Virus record (IMG/VR): IMGVR_UViG_3300013767_000112
Span: 439 to 64,438 of that record
Reading direction: 5' to 3' (one strand)
Source: a virus
DNA: 64,000 nt
Shown here in pieces: positions 12,201 through 18,834 of the stretch (position 1 is the first letter of the stretch; each line of letters opens with the position of its first letter). Position numbers and translations under genes: made by a program. Below the pieces are notes generated by a model. The model was not told the DNA's origin. It did not search any database and was given only the letters and a program-made list of their open reading frames with translations.

Positions 12201-14084
12201 GTCCGCGGGAGCAACTGCGGGCGTGGCCGCGGCAGGTGTTGATTGCGGTTGCGCCGCAGCGGTTTCAACTTGCGGCGCTGCTTGCGGTTGCTGCTGGGGT
12301 TCGCCCGCATGTGCTGCCTCCGGTTTCGGCGCGTTTGGCGTTGCGTTGATGTCTGCCGCGGGCGCAGCCGAAGCCTGCCGGGCGTCTTCCGGCGTGGTGG
12401 TCGGCGCCTGTCGCGCGGCGGCCGGCGGCTGGGTCTGCTGCGGCTGGAGCTTTGCCAGTTCGGCCTGCACGCGGTCGCGCTCTGCGATCAGGCGCATGTC
12501 CCAGCCATTAGCGCGCGCAGTCTGTTGGATGAAGTGCAGGCGGCCCTGCAACTCGGTGGCCGGATCGTTGGCCAGCAGGCTGCCTTGTGCCCCAGTGATC
12601 TCGCCTGTTTCGGGATCTACCTGCTTGCCATTCGCGGGCTTGCCCTGTTGCTGGCCAGCGTCCGCAGCCTGCTGAAGCGCGGCCTGCTGCGCCATGTGCT
12701 GGCTCGCCCCGTTGTCGACGGCAAGCGCCGCCGCAGTGGACATCGGCCCGGCCGCGGGGTTCAGGCCCATCTGCTCGGATGCCGACGGCGCGCCCTCGAT
12801 CGGCGTCACGTCGAGAATATCGCCGCGGCGGATGCGGTCCAAACGATCGGCTCGGGCTTGCGCCGCGGCCTGGGTGGCATTGTTGAGATCGGCCGTCGTG
12901 CGCACTACGCCGTCGGCGCCCGCCTGGTAGACGGGTGCCGGCAGTTGCGGCGGCGGTTGTTCGGCAATCGTCGGCTCCGCCGGCGTCGCAGTCACGTCGG
13001 TGAATTCGCCACGGCGTGTCCGGTCGAGCGCGGTGTTTCGGTCATCCGTGGTCCGCACGACGCCGTCGGCCCCCACGTCATAGACAGGCGCCGGCAGCAA
13101 AGCAACCGGGCGCTGCTGCTCGTTCTGCGTGGGTGCCACGGCCGGCGCAGATTTCGCATCGGGGGCGCTGCCATGAATCGGCCCGGCGAGGCCGCCCATC
13201 AGGCCACCGGACAGCACGCCCATTACTGCCTGATCGCTGAGGCCTTCAGTCCATGGCTTGTCCAGCGCCAAGTTCTGCATGACCTGCTCGGACAGCGACT
13301 GCGGCAGCTCTTCAAGGAAGCCCTCGGAGATCGCGCCCTCGAGAGCCTTCCGCGGCAGGCTCTTCGAAGCCGTGCGCGCGGTCGCCGCAACTGCTGTCGG
13401 GCCGCCGGTGGCCAGTATGGTGTCGATATCGCCGATGCCCAGGCGCTGCGCCACCTTCCCGGCCACCGCGCCAAACAGCGCCGTGCCCGCACCGGATGCG
13501 GCCGCGAGACCGGCTTGCTTGCCCGTCAGCAGACCATCGTCGGTCTCCTGGCGGATCTGCTCTGCAGCGGAGCCCGCACCTGCGATGCCTTCTCCGATCG
13601 CGCCAGCCACCGCTCCGCCGATGCGCGGAACCATGGTCACCGCGCGGCCGGCGACACCACCCGCTCCCATGAGCGGCAGCGACTGCCCGACCGTGTTGGT
13701 GATGAGCGAAGGATTCGAAAGCGCGACCTTTGCCTTGTCGATCACTCCATCCGCATTCTGGAAGTCTTGCTGCTGTTGCTTGGAGGCGTCCGTCATCAGC
13801 GAGCCAAGGTATTCCCGGGCCTGCTTGGGCCGGAATCCAATGGCGCCGTCCTGGTTCTCCAGGAACTTGCCGACCTGGCCGCCGGCAGCGATATCGGCGA
13901 GACCGACCACCGCTTCGGGAACGCCAATAACGCCCTGAGCAACGGACAAGCCGAAGTCGCGAGCGTGGCCCAGCACGCCCTTTTCCTCTGGCTTGGTGGT
14001 GCCGCCGAATTCCTCCCAGGGCTTCGGTGCGGCGCTACCGGACGGCTGCTGAGCGAAGTCTTCCCACGGCTTTTGATCGGACAT
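3216..14084 (-). CDS. Giant polyvalent internal virion protein (3622 aa): ParB-like, N6-adenine MTase, LPD23/zincin, second zincin, LPD3/BECR-like and PLxRFG domains
   Basis: VLDGHH (ParB); VLEPSAG and NPPF (MTase); GADGKWRFEISD and HELQH; HEMTH; YAPLSRFG. TAATG overlap with the upstream gene. Confidence 0.85.
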   Translation of the reverse strand: MSDQKPWEDFAQQPSGSAAPKPWEEFGGTTKPEEKGVLGHARDFGLSVAQGVIGVPEAVVGLADIAAGGQVGKFLENQDGAIGFRPKQAREYLGSLMTDASKQQQQDFQNADGVIDKAKVALSNPSLITNTVGQSLPLMGAGGVAGRAVTMVPRIGGAVAGAIGEGIAGAGSAAEQIRQETDDGLLTGKQAGLAAASGAGTALFGAVAGKVAQRLGIGDIDTILATGGPTAVAATARTASKSLPRKALEGAISEGFLEELPQSLSEQVMQNLALDKPWTEGLSDQAVMGVLSGGLMGGLAGPIHGSAPDAKSAPAVAPTQNEQQRPVALLPAPVYDVGADGVVRTTDDRNTALDRTRRGEFTDVTATPAEPTIAEQPPPQLPAPVYQAGADGVVRTTADLNNATQAAAQARADRLDRIRRGDILDVTPIEGAPSASEQMGLNPAAGPMSTAAALAVDNGASQHMAQQAALQQAADAGQQQGKPANGKQVDPETGEITGAQGSLLANDPATELQGRLHFIQQTARANGWDMRLIAERDRVQAELAKLQPQQTQPPAAARQAPTTTPEDARQASAAPAADINATPNAPKPEAAHAGEPQQQPQAAPQVETAAAQPQSTPAAATPAVAPADESQPTNLKDAIAKVREGRVAQKQVKTPKSVPLTTANIEGKNLGEGWAEFHKDSGTIGIPRAEMPQIRAEHRGAMVNFMNARGVQHQEETVPAASLKPTQAEFSRDKVAKAKERTGGDRSILISRDGHVLDGHHQWMAAREKGEDVRAIRLDAPIRDLVSMAHEFPSSTVEMSDPVAAGTVPQAAASEHIDAAAHEAGPMGRVEMPEGESAAEFPMKEAASSYSGISHSGDQRAKADAEEFQAYQDAARDSGMAIAHSDAQKAAVEQAAAALRDDYLAQYRRLMGVRAGTYSGYVAGRSGLSSKQAVNRNSAYDRAIDTFTTWQKANADRVRQAALDARTDDEKAADQRAAEVARADKAQRKEDGNRSLMRKILSWTKGGDPVAITKTANLAGVNLGRDGYPTSVKLVPTDGSTLTDDKFDLAALFRDRGMSVPESKRRVRELVDAVRAEDAAQAQASPAAPQVATAAPAAGSKTPSLDAHVDFMKRVRAGDATADEFKAAFHLAEASGEAIAAELATMKKGDLLQSGGFSFYQRFRDEKKGAIVEALASRILDEYALGRSYGPSSYVMSAAGLEAHRQAKASALRDLVANTTTDDIKAHAAEIVEARKGVQARRDAQQKAVSNPQTLADFRQAVSYNVEAHGETRQQAFMRLTPDQRIRYDELEAESTKAQREQAKSQAKTRVASAGQTTAGDIIETKHTKHGHDLYVLQLAERVSREDYDTLNSSAKRLGGSYSSYRGNGAVPGFQFRTREAAEAFRKLVAGDTAEAQAVAEARRDAFDDDRSQSAVERLRTMADALDERADESLNRDRKTNTARRARMASSAEGAARADKALAGTMNNLASAIESGKAKFLDAVRQKVQVEFLGRELRNAKDAQIRAKYPSYGEQERHRGEPMDAETVDYATFPSYTAMRSDLASLARQMVDADGLKKLGARLEKVADDVTEAYTDWAKQNLLSVSRFTRGDQLADFKGREDAERAIRRSGLTGKAIVLPIKRGQNRIIMAPSEAMQQGLWTGDGDKRITLSGDFGCELVQALSRRSGRKITVPWALESAHDKRKRLEGMGIFTGSEYRSALREFAGIQEAIATPDKIKEMERAMIGRRADGLDFFPTSEAVVDTMLDAAEIESGMSVLEPSAGMGHIADAIREKAGAEPDVVELSGERRELLEAKGYHLAGNDFMAMEPRKFFTYGDVFRAPDGIVGIMHGGPAWSGRASLHAVNDDGSEGRMLGWFDRDELTGIRQRGSWSGYDRIIMNPPFSKGRDIQHVMHAYELLRPGGRLVAIMGEGAFFHSNSAAENFRAWLDDLGATSEKLPEGSFLDPALPVNTGVSARMVVIDKPTVHEASPDTTAPTEAGEPAVQFSFAGRKARGADLHALVSAQQRLMAGEAAETVRRETGWHLGADGKWRFEISDHLASIAVPGSTARSVVDMARVNALNDGRSRPLISDVLVHPRLFAAYPRLARIPIAMMPANAAADARLRHLATGPVVEVQPNMPREALASALVHELQHEIQNTEGFAKGGSADRFSSDFDKTGAVTYRRLAGEVEARNTQARMRMTPRQRLEISPEESADVRSSRVLVTFNGRDIVDGELPQNITGQPMMDAQKLVRAFDLQFPKLGKAVRMMLERGRRGMRGGVVMIDSNDPLLIAHAYATKTGTALSSAIRLFEDDGLINGFYDAKSGLTFLVGPNLDSITAPAVLLHEMTHGQQRQKLDQHAADMLSKRTSVRDRSLREFLDRAAGRMAAAGEEGNRREAAAYIVEQAVIEGRSQGFTTADNRFLAWVDQTVGQRVGDFLRSFLATVRQWMLRNGVGLGAISVDDLVGYAMAGMERAARGDVRGKGVSLSQDDARKARVLQGSPVAVLTGKEAPIGFAAVREWATSLFKEQGGQALNPDLGEVLLDGRAVRDSMAHGKASPYKFAAFAAVKDVLERGALVHQAQYHKGESFYVSAPVVIDGKDDIVTVLVRRDSNMQRMYLHSVATKEYLLKSRVSGADTSGVEQPSGSSNSGDVASVLHRLLNARLGDESDTGPQFSRAGLRDMAGRATQELNKTFSAPGGLSWWHKTIGTMYNLAQRSPAFRPVFESAQGFIDDVSHYANDAAEMAPKLLPKLDTWRDIAKAPVSAADNKAVAKPIFEGTLLWARDSAGKPARVADLAEAAARLSTEDKVAMLLEQGKIPEGMLHAWRGHSDDQFAKLIDSRFESQLLKPGVVWTDAELRGLFNLSDAQVALYHEFRAATDRSLDTMARADMLRYAGDDVKELRDRVMDATDVRAAAMILRDHLAEMADAWPDRATHLMELAHGVMDRAEKVTQLQAEGYAPLSRFGKYTVDVVEEGGERQYFGLFETRREANQMAEQMRGAFPDAAVNQGTLSEESYKLFAGITPETLELFGNALGFDSQGDSERDQAFQEYLRLTKTNRSAMRRLIHRKGIAGYSEDVGRVLASFIYSNSRQTAAGLHMGDLSEAVDAIPKEQGELKDAAVRLADYIKNPQEEAQAVRGLLFAQYLGGSVASALVNMTQPAAVTFPWLSQFGGARKAATELGRAARQMATKGFKYEADLARALHDAEEDGTVSPQEVHQLMAQARGSGSLRAGDGTRVGDARALGANSLARLSVAWGKLFGAAEQVNRRVTFIAAYRMAKDRGMAYPATFARRAVTETQFVYSKASKMQWGRGAVGGTLLTFKTYSIAYLELMSRLWSQGEEGSQERKDGRKAALLMLATLMLLGGAGGLPFAEDVDDVVDAMAQIAGYNFSAKRAKQEFLESVFGRDIASFIDKGITGLPGMPLDVSGRLGMGNLIPGTGLLTESNNHTRDVLEIVGPAGDFATRIVSGARKVAGGDIAGGLLETAPTAVRNLAKGADMAATGMYRDAKGYKVLDTNTMEAALKAVGFQPSSVATIQEANGLNQQAKAFYNLRAQEIRSMWAQGIFEKDQAKVQQARDAVADWNAKNPDQQMVVRMPDVLRRVREMAKPKDQRIADTAPKAMRQQMREDVARARADL

Positions 14085-15949
14085 TAAACCTTCTCCCAAT
14101 TCTTCTGATCGGCGGGATTACCGCCCTTGAACTTGTAGCCAGCGCGCACGCTGCCAATCTGAGGGGCGCTCGGCGTGGCCGAAGCGGTCGACTGGTCCAT
14201 GAACTGGCCGGTCTGATTGTTGAGAACCCGCGAAGGACGCGTGACCACCGACATGGCTTGCGGTTCGTATTCCTGGCCACCGGGCACAACGGTGAAACGA
14301 TTTGGGGCTTCTTTGCCGGTCAGCACGCGGATCTGCTCCGCAATGGCGCCGCGCTCTTCTGGCTTCGCTGCGTCGTACTGTTGGTACAGCTTCTCAATCC
14401 GCTGAGCACTGCGGGTCTGGAAGCCGCGCGCTTCGACATCGGCGGCGGTGCGTTGCTGATCCAGCGCGTTGCTGGCGGCAAAGCGTGCGTTCTGGCCAAT
14501 CTCCTGCACAGCGGCGCGCTGGTTGGCGCCCTGCTGTTGCATTTCCTCGCGCGCGATGCCCGAGGCGTTTTGCTCGCGGGCAAGCGCCGTCCTGTCGTCG
14601 TTCTCCTGCAGACCGGCCAGCACCCGCAGTTGGCTTGCGGTGAGCTGACCATTCGGGGAGCCGCGATAGGGAGTCGATGCGGCGGCCAGCGCCCTATTGC
14701 GCGCCTCGTCATTGCGGCCAACATCGATGTACGCGGGGACACCGTCCGGAGCAAAGCCGACGGACGGGCCGGTGGCACTCGCGGTCATTGCCGGAACGGT
14801 GCTGACCGTCCCGCCGCCTCCCTTGAATCCGAGGTTTTCGCCAGTCGCTCCGGCTACGGTGTTCGCGTCGTTGGTGAACGAGTAGGTGCCATTTGCCTCG
14901 CGCTTTCCGACGACACCAGCGATACCGGTGGGAGAGAACGCGTTTCCGGTCTGCGCCGGTGCCGTCGCCGGCGTTGGCGCGCTTGGCGAAGCGTTGGCAG
15001 GCTGGGCTGTCACCGGCGCCGTCGTGCCGGCGCGCGCCGCCGATGGCGCTACGCTGGCTGGGGCTGCCTTGGGCGCAGGTGCCTGCGCCGCGGCGGACTG
15101 CTGGTCAAAGCCGAGCAGCCCGCCGGCGAAGTTCATCAGCGGCCGACCGGCCACGTTGTACAGGTCGTCGCTGGCATCAGCGAGCGCCGCCGGCACCGCG
15201 GCCGCCGTCCCGCGAACCAGCGTGCCCAAGCCGCGCGCGTATTCGCCGTTGCCCCATTGGCTGGCCACGTCATCGCCGGTTCCGCGGAGCACCGAATCCG
15301 TGCGCCAGCCAGATCCTTCCGTCCGCATCTGAGGAACGAAGCCGACGGACGATTGCGAGGCCGCGGCCTGCGGCGATGGCGAAGGAGTGGAAGGCGCGCT
15401 GCGGGTAGCCACCTGCGGTGCGCTAGCGGCTGGAGCCGCAGTCGATGCGCGGGGATCCGTCGGGTAGGTCGTGACCGGCTGCGACAGCGCGGCGGCCACC
15501 GTCGGATTGACGGCAGGCGCAACGGGCACGCCAGTGAGACCGCGCACCTTCTTGGGATCTTCGACCACGCCGCCGTCAGCGAAAAACAGTTCAGGCTTAC
15601 CGCCCGTCTGGGGCTGCGGCGGATTGAAGCCAAGTCCCGTGGTGCCTGCCGGCATATGGGTGGCGCCCTTCATGGCGTCGAGCGCCTGGACGCCGATGGC
15701 ATGCACCTGCTCGGGCGGCAGGACGTTTTCCCCATTGCTGAGATTCACGTCGACCGGAGCGCCCTTCCCCATCGTGGCCAGCTTGTCACTACCGATCTGC
15801 TCGGTGGAGTCGGCCGGCATGACATAGCTGCCGTTGGGGACCGTGGCCTGTACATCATCAGACGTACTCGTGCCTGGCCCCTCGACCTCGCCGCCGCCGG
15901 CATAGTTCTGCGCCTTGGGCGGTTTGGCGCCCTTCTTGAATCCGTGCAT
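14084..15949 (-). CDS. Internal virion (ejection) protein, Ala/Pro-rich
   Basis: GAGGGG RBS, GGEVEGPGTSTSDDV N-terminal motif, coupled to the giant protein. Confidence 0.7.
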   Translation of the reverse strand: MHGFKKGAKPPKAQNYAGGGEVEGPGTSTSDDVQATVPNGSYVMPADSTEQIGSDKLATMGKGAPVDVNLSNGENVLPPEQVHAIGVQALDAMKGATHMPAGTTGLGFNPPQPQTGGKPELFFADGGVVEDPKKVRGLTGVPVAPAVNPTVAAALSQPVTTYPTDPRASTAAPAASAPQVATRSAPSTPSPSPQAAASQSSVGFVPQMRTEGSGWRTDSVLRGTGDDVASQWGNGEYARGLGTLVRGTAAAVPAALADASDDLYNVAGRPLMNFAGGLLGFDQQSAAAQAPAPKAAPASVAPSAARAGTTAPVTAQPANASPSAPTPATAPAQTGNAFSPTGIAGVVGKREANGTYSFTNDANTVAGATGENLGFKGGGGTVSTVPAMTASATGPSVGFAPDGVPAYIDVGRNDEARNRALAAASTPYRGSPNGQLTASQLRVLAGLQENDDRTALAREQNASGIAREEMQQQGANQRAAVQEIGQNARFAASNALDQQRTAADVEARGFQTRSAQRIEKLYQQYDAAKPEERGAIAEQIRVLTGKEAPNRFTVVPGGQEYEPQAMSVVTRPSRVLNNQTGQFMDQSTASATPSAPQIGSVRAGYKFKGGNPADQKNWEKV

Positions 15950-15987
15950 GGGATGCCCCTCGAAGAAGTGCAACTGAATATCTGGCG

Positions 15988-16030
15988 ATACTCCGAGGCT
16001 CAATTCCGAAGGGCCAGCCCTACAGGGGTG
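15988..16030 (-). promoter_or_regulatory. Putative late promoter B: palindrome 16016-16030, 22 nt, GAGTAT
   Basis: CACCCCTGTAGGGCT-N22-GAGTAT, about 32 nt before ATG 15949. Confidence 0.65.
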
Positions 16031-16045
16031 GCACCGTATAATCCG
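16013..16045 (+). repeat. 33-bp direct repeat copy 1 with TATAAT
   Basis: GCCAGCCCTACAGGGGTGGCACCGTATAATCCG; 30/33 identical to 17283-17315. Confidence 0.9.
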
Positions 16046-16082
16046 GCTTCTCTATTGGGATCCCTGCGCTTCAGGAGAGTTG

Positions 16083-17207
16083 ATGTCCACCAAGCTATCT
16101 CTACTCACATCGCGAGACGCTGTAAGTGCTGCAATGGCTGAATGTGACCAACTTGGTCGCGATAGCTTTCTCAAACACTACGGCTATAAATTTTCGCGCC
16201 TTTACCCCCTACACCATAACGGGAAGACTTACGACTCCAAAGCCATTGTCGGCGTTGCCTACGGTAAGCAGCATGGCACTGCCTTGAAGGCAAGGGACTT
16301 CTCCGGCGGAGCCGCAACCGTAGTTCCCACCCTCCACCGGCTGGGCTTTCCTGTCAAAGAGACTCCCCATCCGATCGCCAGTCTTGTTAAGGGGACGACG
16401 TACTTCAGGAAAAATTTGCTCGAGCGATACGGTGGCCAGCTTCAGAGGGGCATTTGGACACCGCGAGAATTCCCTGTCATCTTCATTTTCACCGGTGATA
16501 GCGGAAAGGCCTACGGATATAGTGATGGGTGGATTGACAACGGTATCTTTCGGTACACGGGTGAGGGCCAGTCCGACGATATGACGTTTACGGCTGGGAA
16601 TGAGGCCATCCGCAACCACAGGAAGAATGGCAAAGATCTACTGTTGTTTGAGGATCTTGGGAAAGGAAAGGGGGTCCGCTACACCGGTTTATTTGAATGC
16701 GCCTCATGGGATCAGATCAGTGGCATCGACAAGGCGAAGAAGTCGCGCAAGCTGATCGTTTTCAATTTGATCCCGGTGGAGACTGCAGCCACAGAATCTG
16801 AAGCTACCGTTGCGGTTCCTCGCTCTATCAAGGCTCTGTCACTCGAAGAGCTTAGGCGAGCGGCATACGATGCATCGCAAGATCACGGACCGATCTCGAA
16901 AGCGAGCGACGCCAAGCGGTCATGGTATGAACGAAGCGCCGCCGTACGTGACTATGTACTCGCGCGATCCGAAGGTGTTTGCGAGGCTTGCGATCAACCG
17001 GCCCCTTTCCTAAAGAAGGATGGCAATGCCTATTTGGAACCCCACCATACCACCCGACTAGCGGATGAAGGACCAGATCATCCAGCGTGGGTGGGAGCAA
17101 TCTGCCCTAACTGTCACAGGCGCATTCACTCTGGAATAGATGGGGCGGATTGGAACAAGCGCCTTCGAGAACGGCTGAAGGCAAAGGAAAATCATTCACA
17201 CTCTTGA
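16083..17207 (+). CDS. ScoMcrA-like type IV restriction nuclease: head domain, SRA domain, HNH
   Basis: YDSKAIVG...FSGG head; YGGQLQRGI, Y.DGW, YTGEGQ SRA-like; CEAC...LEPHH...AICPNCHRRIH HNH. AGGAG RBS and lower GC. Confidence 0.85.
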   Translation: MSTKLSLLTSRDAVSAAMAECDQLGRDSFLKHYGYKFSRLYPLHHNGKTYDSKAIVGVAYGKQHGTALKARDFSGGAATVVPTLHRLGFPVKETPHPIASLVKGTTYFRKNLLERYGGQLQRGIWTPREFPVIFIFTGDSGKAYGYSDGWIDNGIFRYTGEGQSDDMTFTAGNEAIRNHRKNGKDLLLFEDLGKGKGVRYTGLFECASWDQISGIDKAKKSRKLIVFNLIPVETAATESEATVAVPRSIKALSLEELRRAAYDASQDHGPISKASDAKRSWYERSAAVRDYVLARSEGVCEACDQPAPFLKKDGNAYLEPHHTTRLADEGPDHPAWVGAICPNCHRRIHSGIDGADWNKRLRERLKAKENHSHS

Positions 17208-17282
17208 CGCGACCCAGCAGCCTCGCCGAGTGCATGCTAATCTATTTTTCGACCGCGCGATTGCTTCCGTCCCTTTTTTTGT

Positions 17283-17315
17283 GCCAGCCCTACAGGGGTC
17301 GCATCATATAATCCG
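17283..17315 (+). repeat. 33-bp direct repeat copy 2 with TATAAT
   Basis: GCCAGCCCTACAGGGGTCGCATCATATAATCCG, 1270 bp after copy 1. Confidence 0.9.
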
Positions 17316-17478
17316 CCTATTGGCAAATGGTTCGACGGTCGATTATGGCCGTGTCCCAAACATCGCTATTTATGAGGTTCCTGCTCGGATGCGACAGACC
17401 ACAGCCTTCAGGCCATTCCGTTTTGGATAACTGCAGAACGCTCAAGTCATAGGCACCTTGAACAAATGGGATCATCAA

Positions 17479-18834
17479 ATGCAAGAAAAAAACCAGCTTC
17501 TAAAGACTGTTGCCCAAAATTTTGTAATTGCCGACCCTCCACCTGCTCCACTGAATGGATTCTCTGAAGTGGCCGCATGGTTTTCTAAGCACGAAATCAT
17601 CTATCCAAGGACATTTACGATAGATGGCAACGCACTAGGGTTCAAAAAACCCGGAGCAGACGCCGTAACGTCACTGGCAAATGATCTTCTCAAAGATAAC
17701 CGTCAATACCTAGAAGGCATCGAGCACGGAAAACTTAAAGAAGCTATCGCGCAAGAACTAATCAATGCTATTCGCAGTAATTCGCCGTACGAAAATTTCG
17801 AATATCTAGAATTACATATTGCAAATTGGTTCTCAGACCAGTCGGCCGGAAAAACTCACTTCACACCCTGCTTCATATCACCAAATTATTCACAGCCCTT
17901 TAGTGTTGGGCCGGTGAGATTCCTTTCGCTCGATCAATTCCAGGCTGCTCATGCCATTTCCTCGAAAAACGACTTCGAGAAGTTCCCATATGACAAACTC
18001 TTCGAGTTTGCAGAACGACAGAATGCGCGCTGGATCGCGGAAGTAAGTATTGATGGATACGACACCAAACGATCAACCGAGCACGCGGATATAGCAATCG
18101 ACATCGCACTCGTTGCTTTGCAACTATTCATTCCGTCCTCTGAATGCAAGAACGTCGCCAGAGCCACAGCCAGAACCATCCCCTCGAATATCAGTCACTT
18201 CCATAGAGTCGATGACCATCTACGGGCGAGTTTCAGTCGCATGGACCCTTGTTTGGCCTATTCTGCGGGGTATTTCGATTATTTGCTCAAGCAGAATAAG
18301 TCAGTTCTTGATTCGGTTGGAAATCGAGTCAAAGCCTTTGTTGAAGGAAAATCGACTCTACTCCAACTCGACCAGGCGTGGTGTGACGCAGCGTACTGGT
18401 TTCATGAAGGCATATCTGAAGAACTTGACTCCGTAGCGATCGCAAAAATAGAAACCTCGATTGAGGTATTGCTATTCGCCGAAAGCACTAAAGGGTGCAA
18501 GGACCGATTAATAAAGACCTTTCAATCGTTTTATGGTTTATCCATGAATGACCCACTGCGCGAAAATGATCCCCGCACCGTTTTTGCATTCATCGAATCG
18601 ATCGTAACAGCACGGTCTCGTGTTCTTCATGGAACATGGTCAACACTGAACTATCGAAAGCAGATGCAGATTGAGCGCCAGCATCGCGACGAGATCGAGA
18701 TGCTGGCGAGAGACCTCCTAGCCCGTGTTACCTTGGAACTCGATAACTACAAGCAATCAGAGCAGCCCGAAGACAATTTCACCAAATTTCTTGACTGGGT
18801 CTCGCGTCAGCGGGCCGCAGACTCTATCTCCTAG
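17479..18834 (+). CDS. HEPN-domain protein (ApeA/RiboL-like architecture), candidate anti-phage RNase
   Basis: C-terminal helical region with IETSIEVLL and RSRVLHG (RxxxxH); low GC; antisense to the late operon. Confidence 0.7.
   Translation: MQEKNQLLKTVAQNFVIADPPPAPLNGFSEVAAWFSKHEIIYPRTFTIDGNALGFKKPGADAVTSLANDLLKDNRQYLEGIEHGKLKEAIAQELINAIRSNSPYENFEYLELHIANWFSDQSAGKTHFTPCFISPNYSQPFSVGPVRFLSLDQFQAAHAISSKNDFEKFPYDKLFEFAERQNARWIAEVSIDGYDTKRSTEHADIAIDIALVALQLFIPSSECKNVARATARTIPSNISHFHRVDDHLRASFSRMDPCLAYSAGYFDYLLKQNKSVLDSVGNRVKAFVEGKSTLLQLDQAWCDAAYWFHEGISEELDSVAIAKIETSIEVLLFAESTKGCKDRLIKTFQSFYGLSMNDPLRENDPRTVFAFIESIVTARSRVLHGTWSTLNYRKQMQIERQHRDEIEMLARDLLARVTLELDNYKQSEQPEDNFTKFLDWVSRQRAADSIS

Noticed and set aside
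3174-16141. Long plus-strand ORFs (e.g. 3174-5048, 8400-11840, 12243-14087, 14027-16141)
   Set aside because: Antisense shadows of the giant minus-strand genes in GC-rich DNA; no RBS or domain motifs.
17240-17300. Copy C of the palindrome as a minus-strand late promoter
   Set aside because: Hexamer at 22 nt is CAATCG, lacking the conserved final T; treated only as a repeat and operator copy.
16013-17315. The direct repeats read as a CRISPR array or IS ends
   Set aside because: Only two copies 1270 bp apart, direct rather than terminal inverted, with no cas or transposase gene.
17327-17452. 41-codon upstream ORF in the HEPN leader
   Set aside because: No RBS and no coding signal; a regulatory role cannot be supported.
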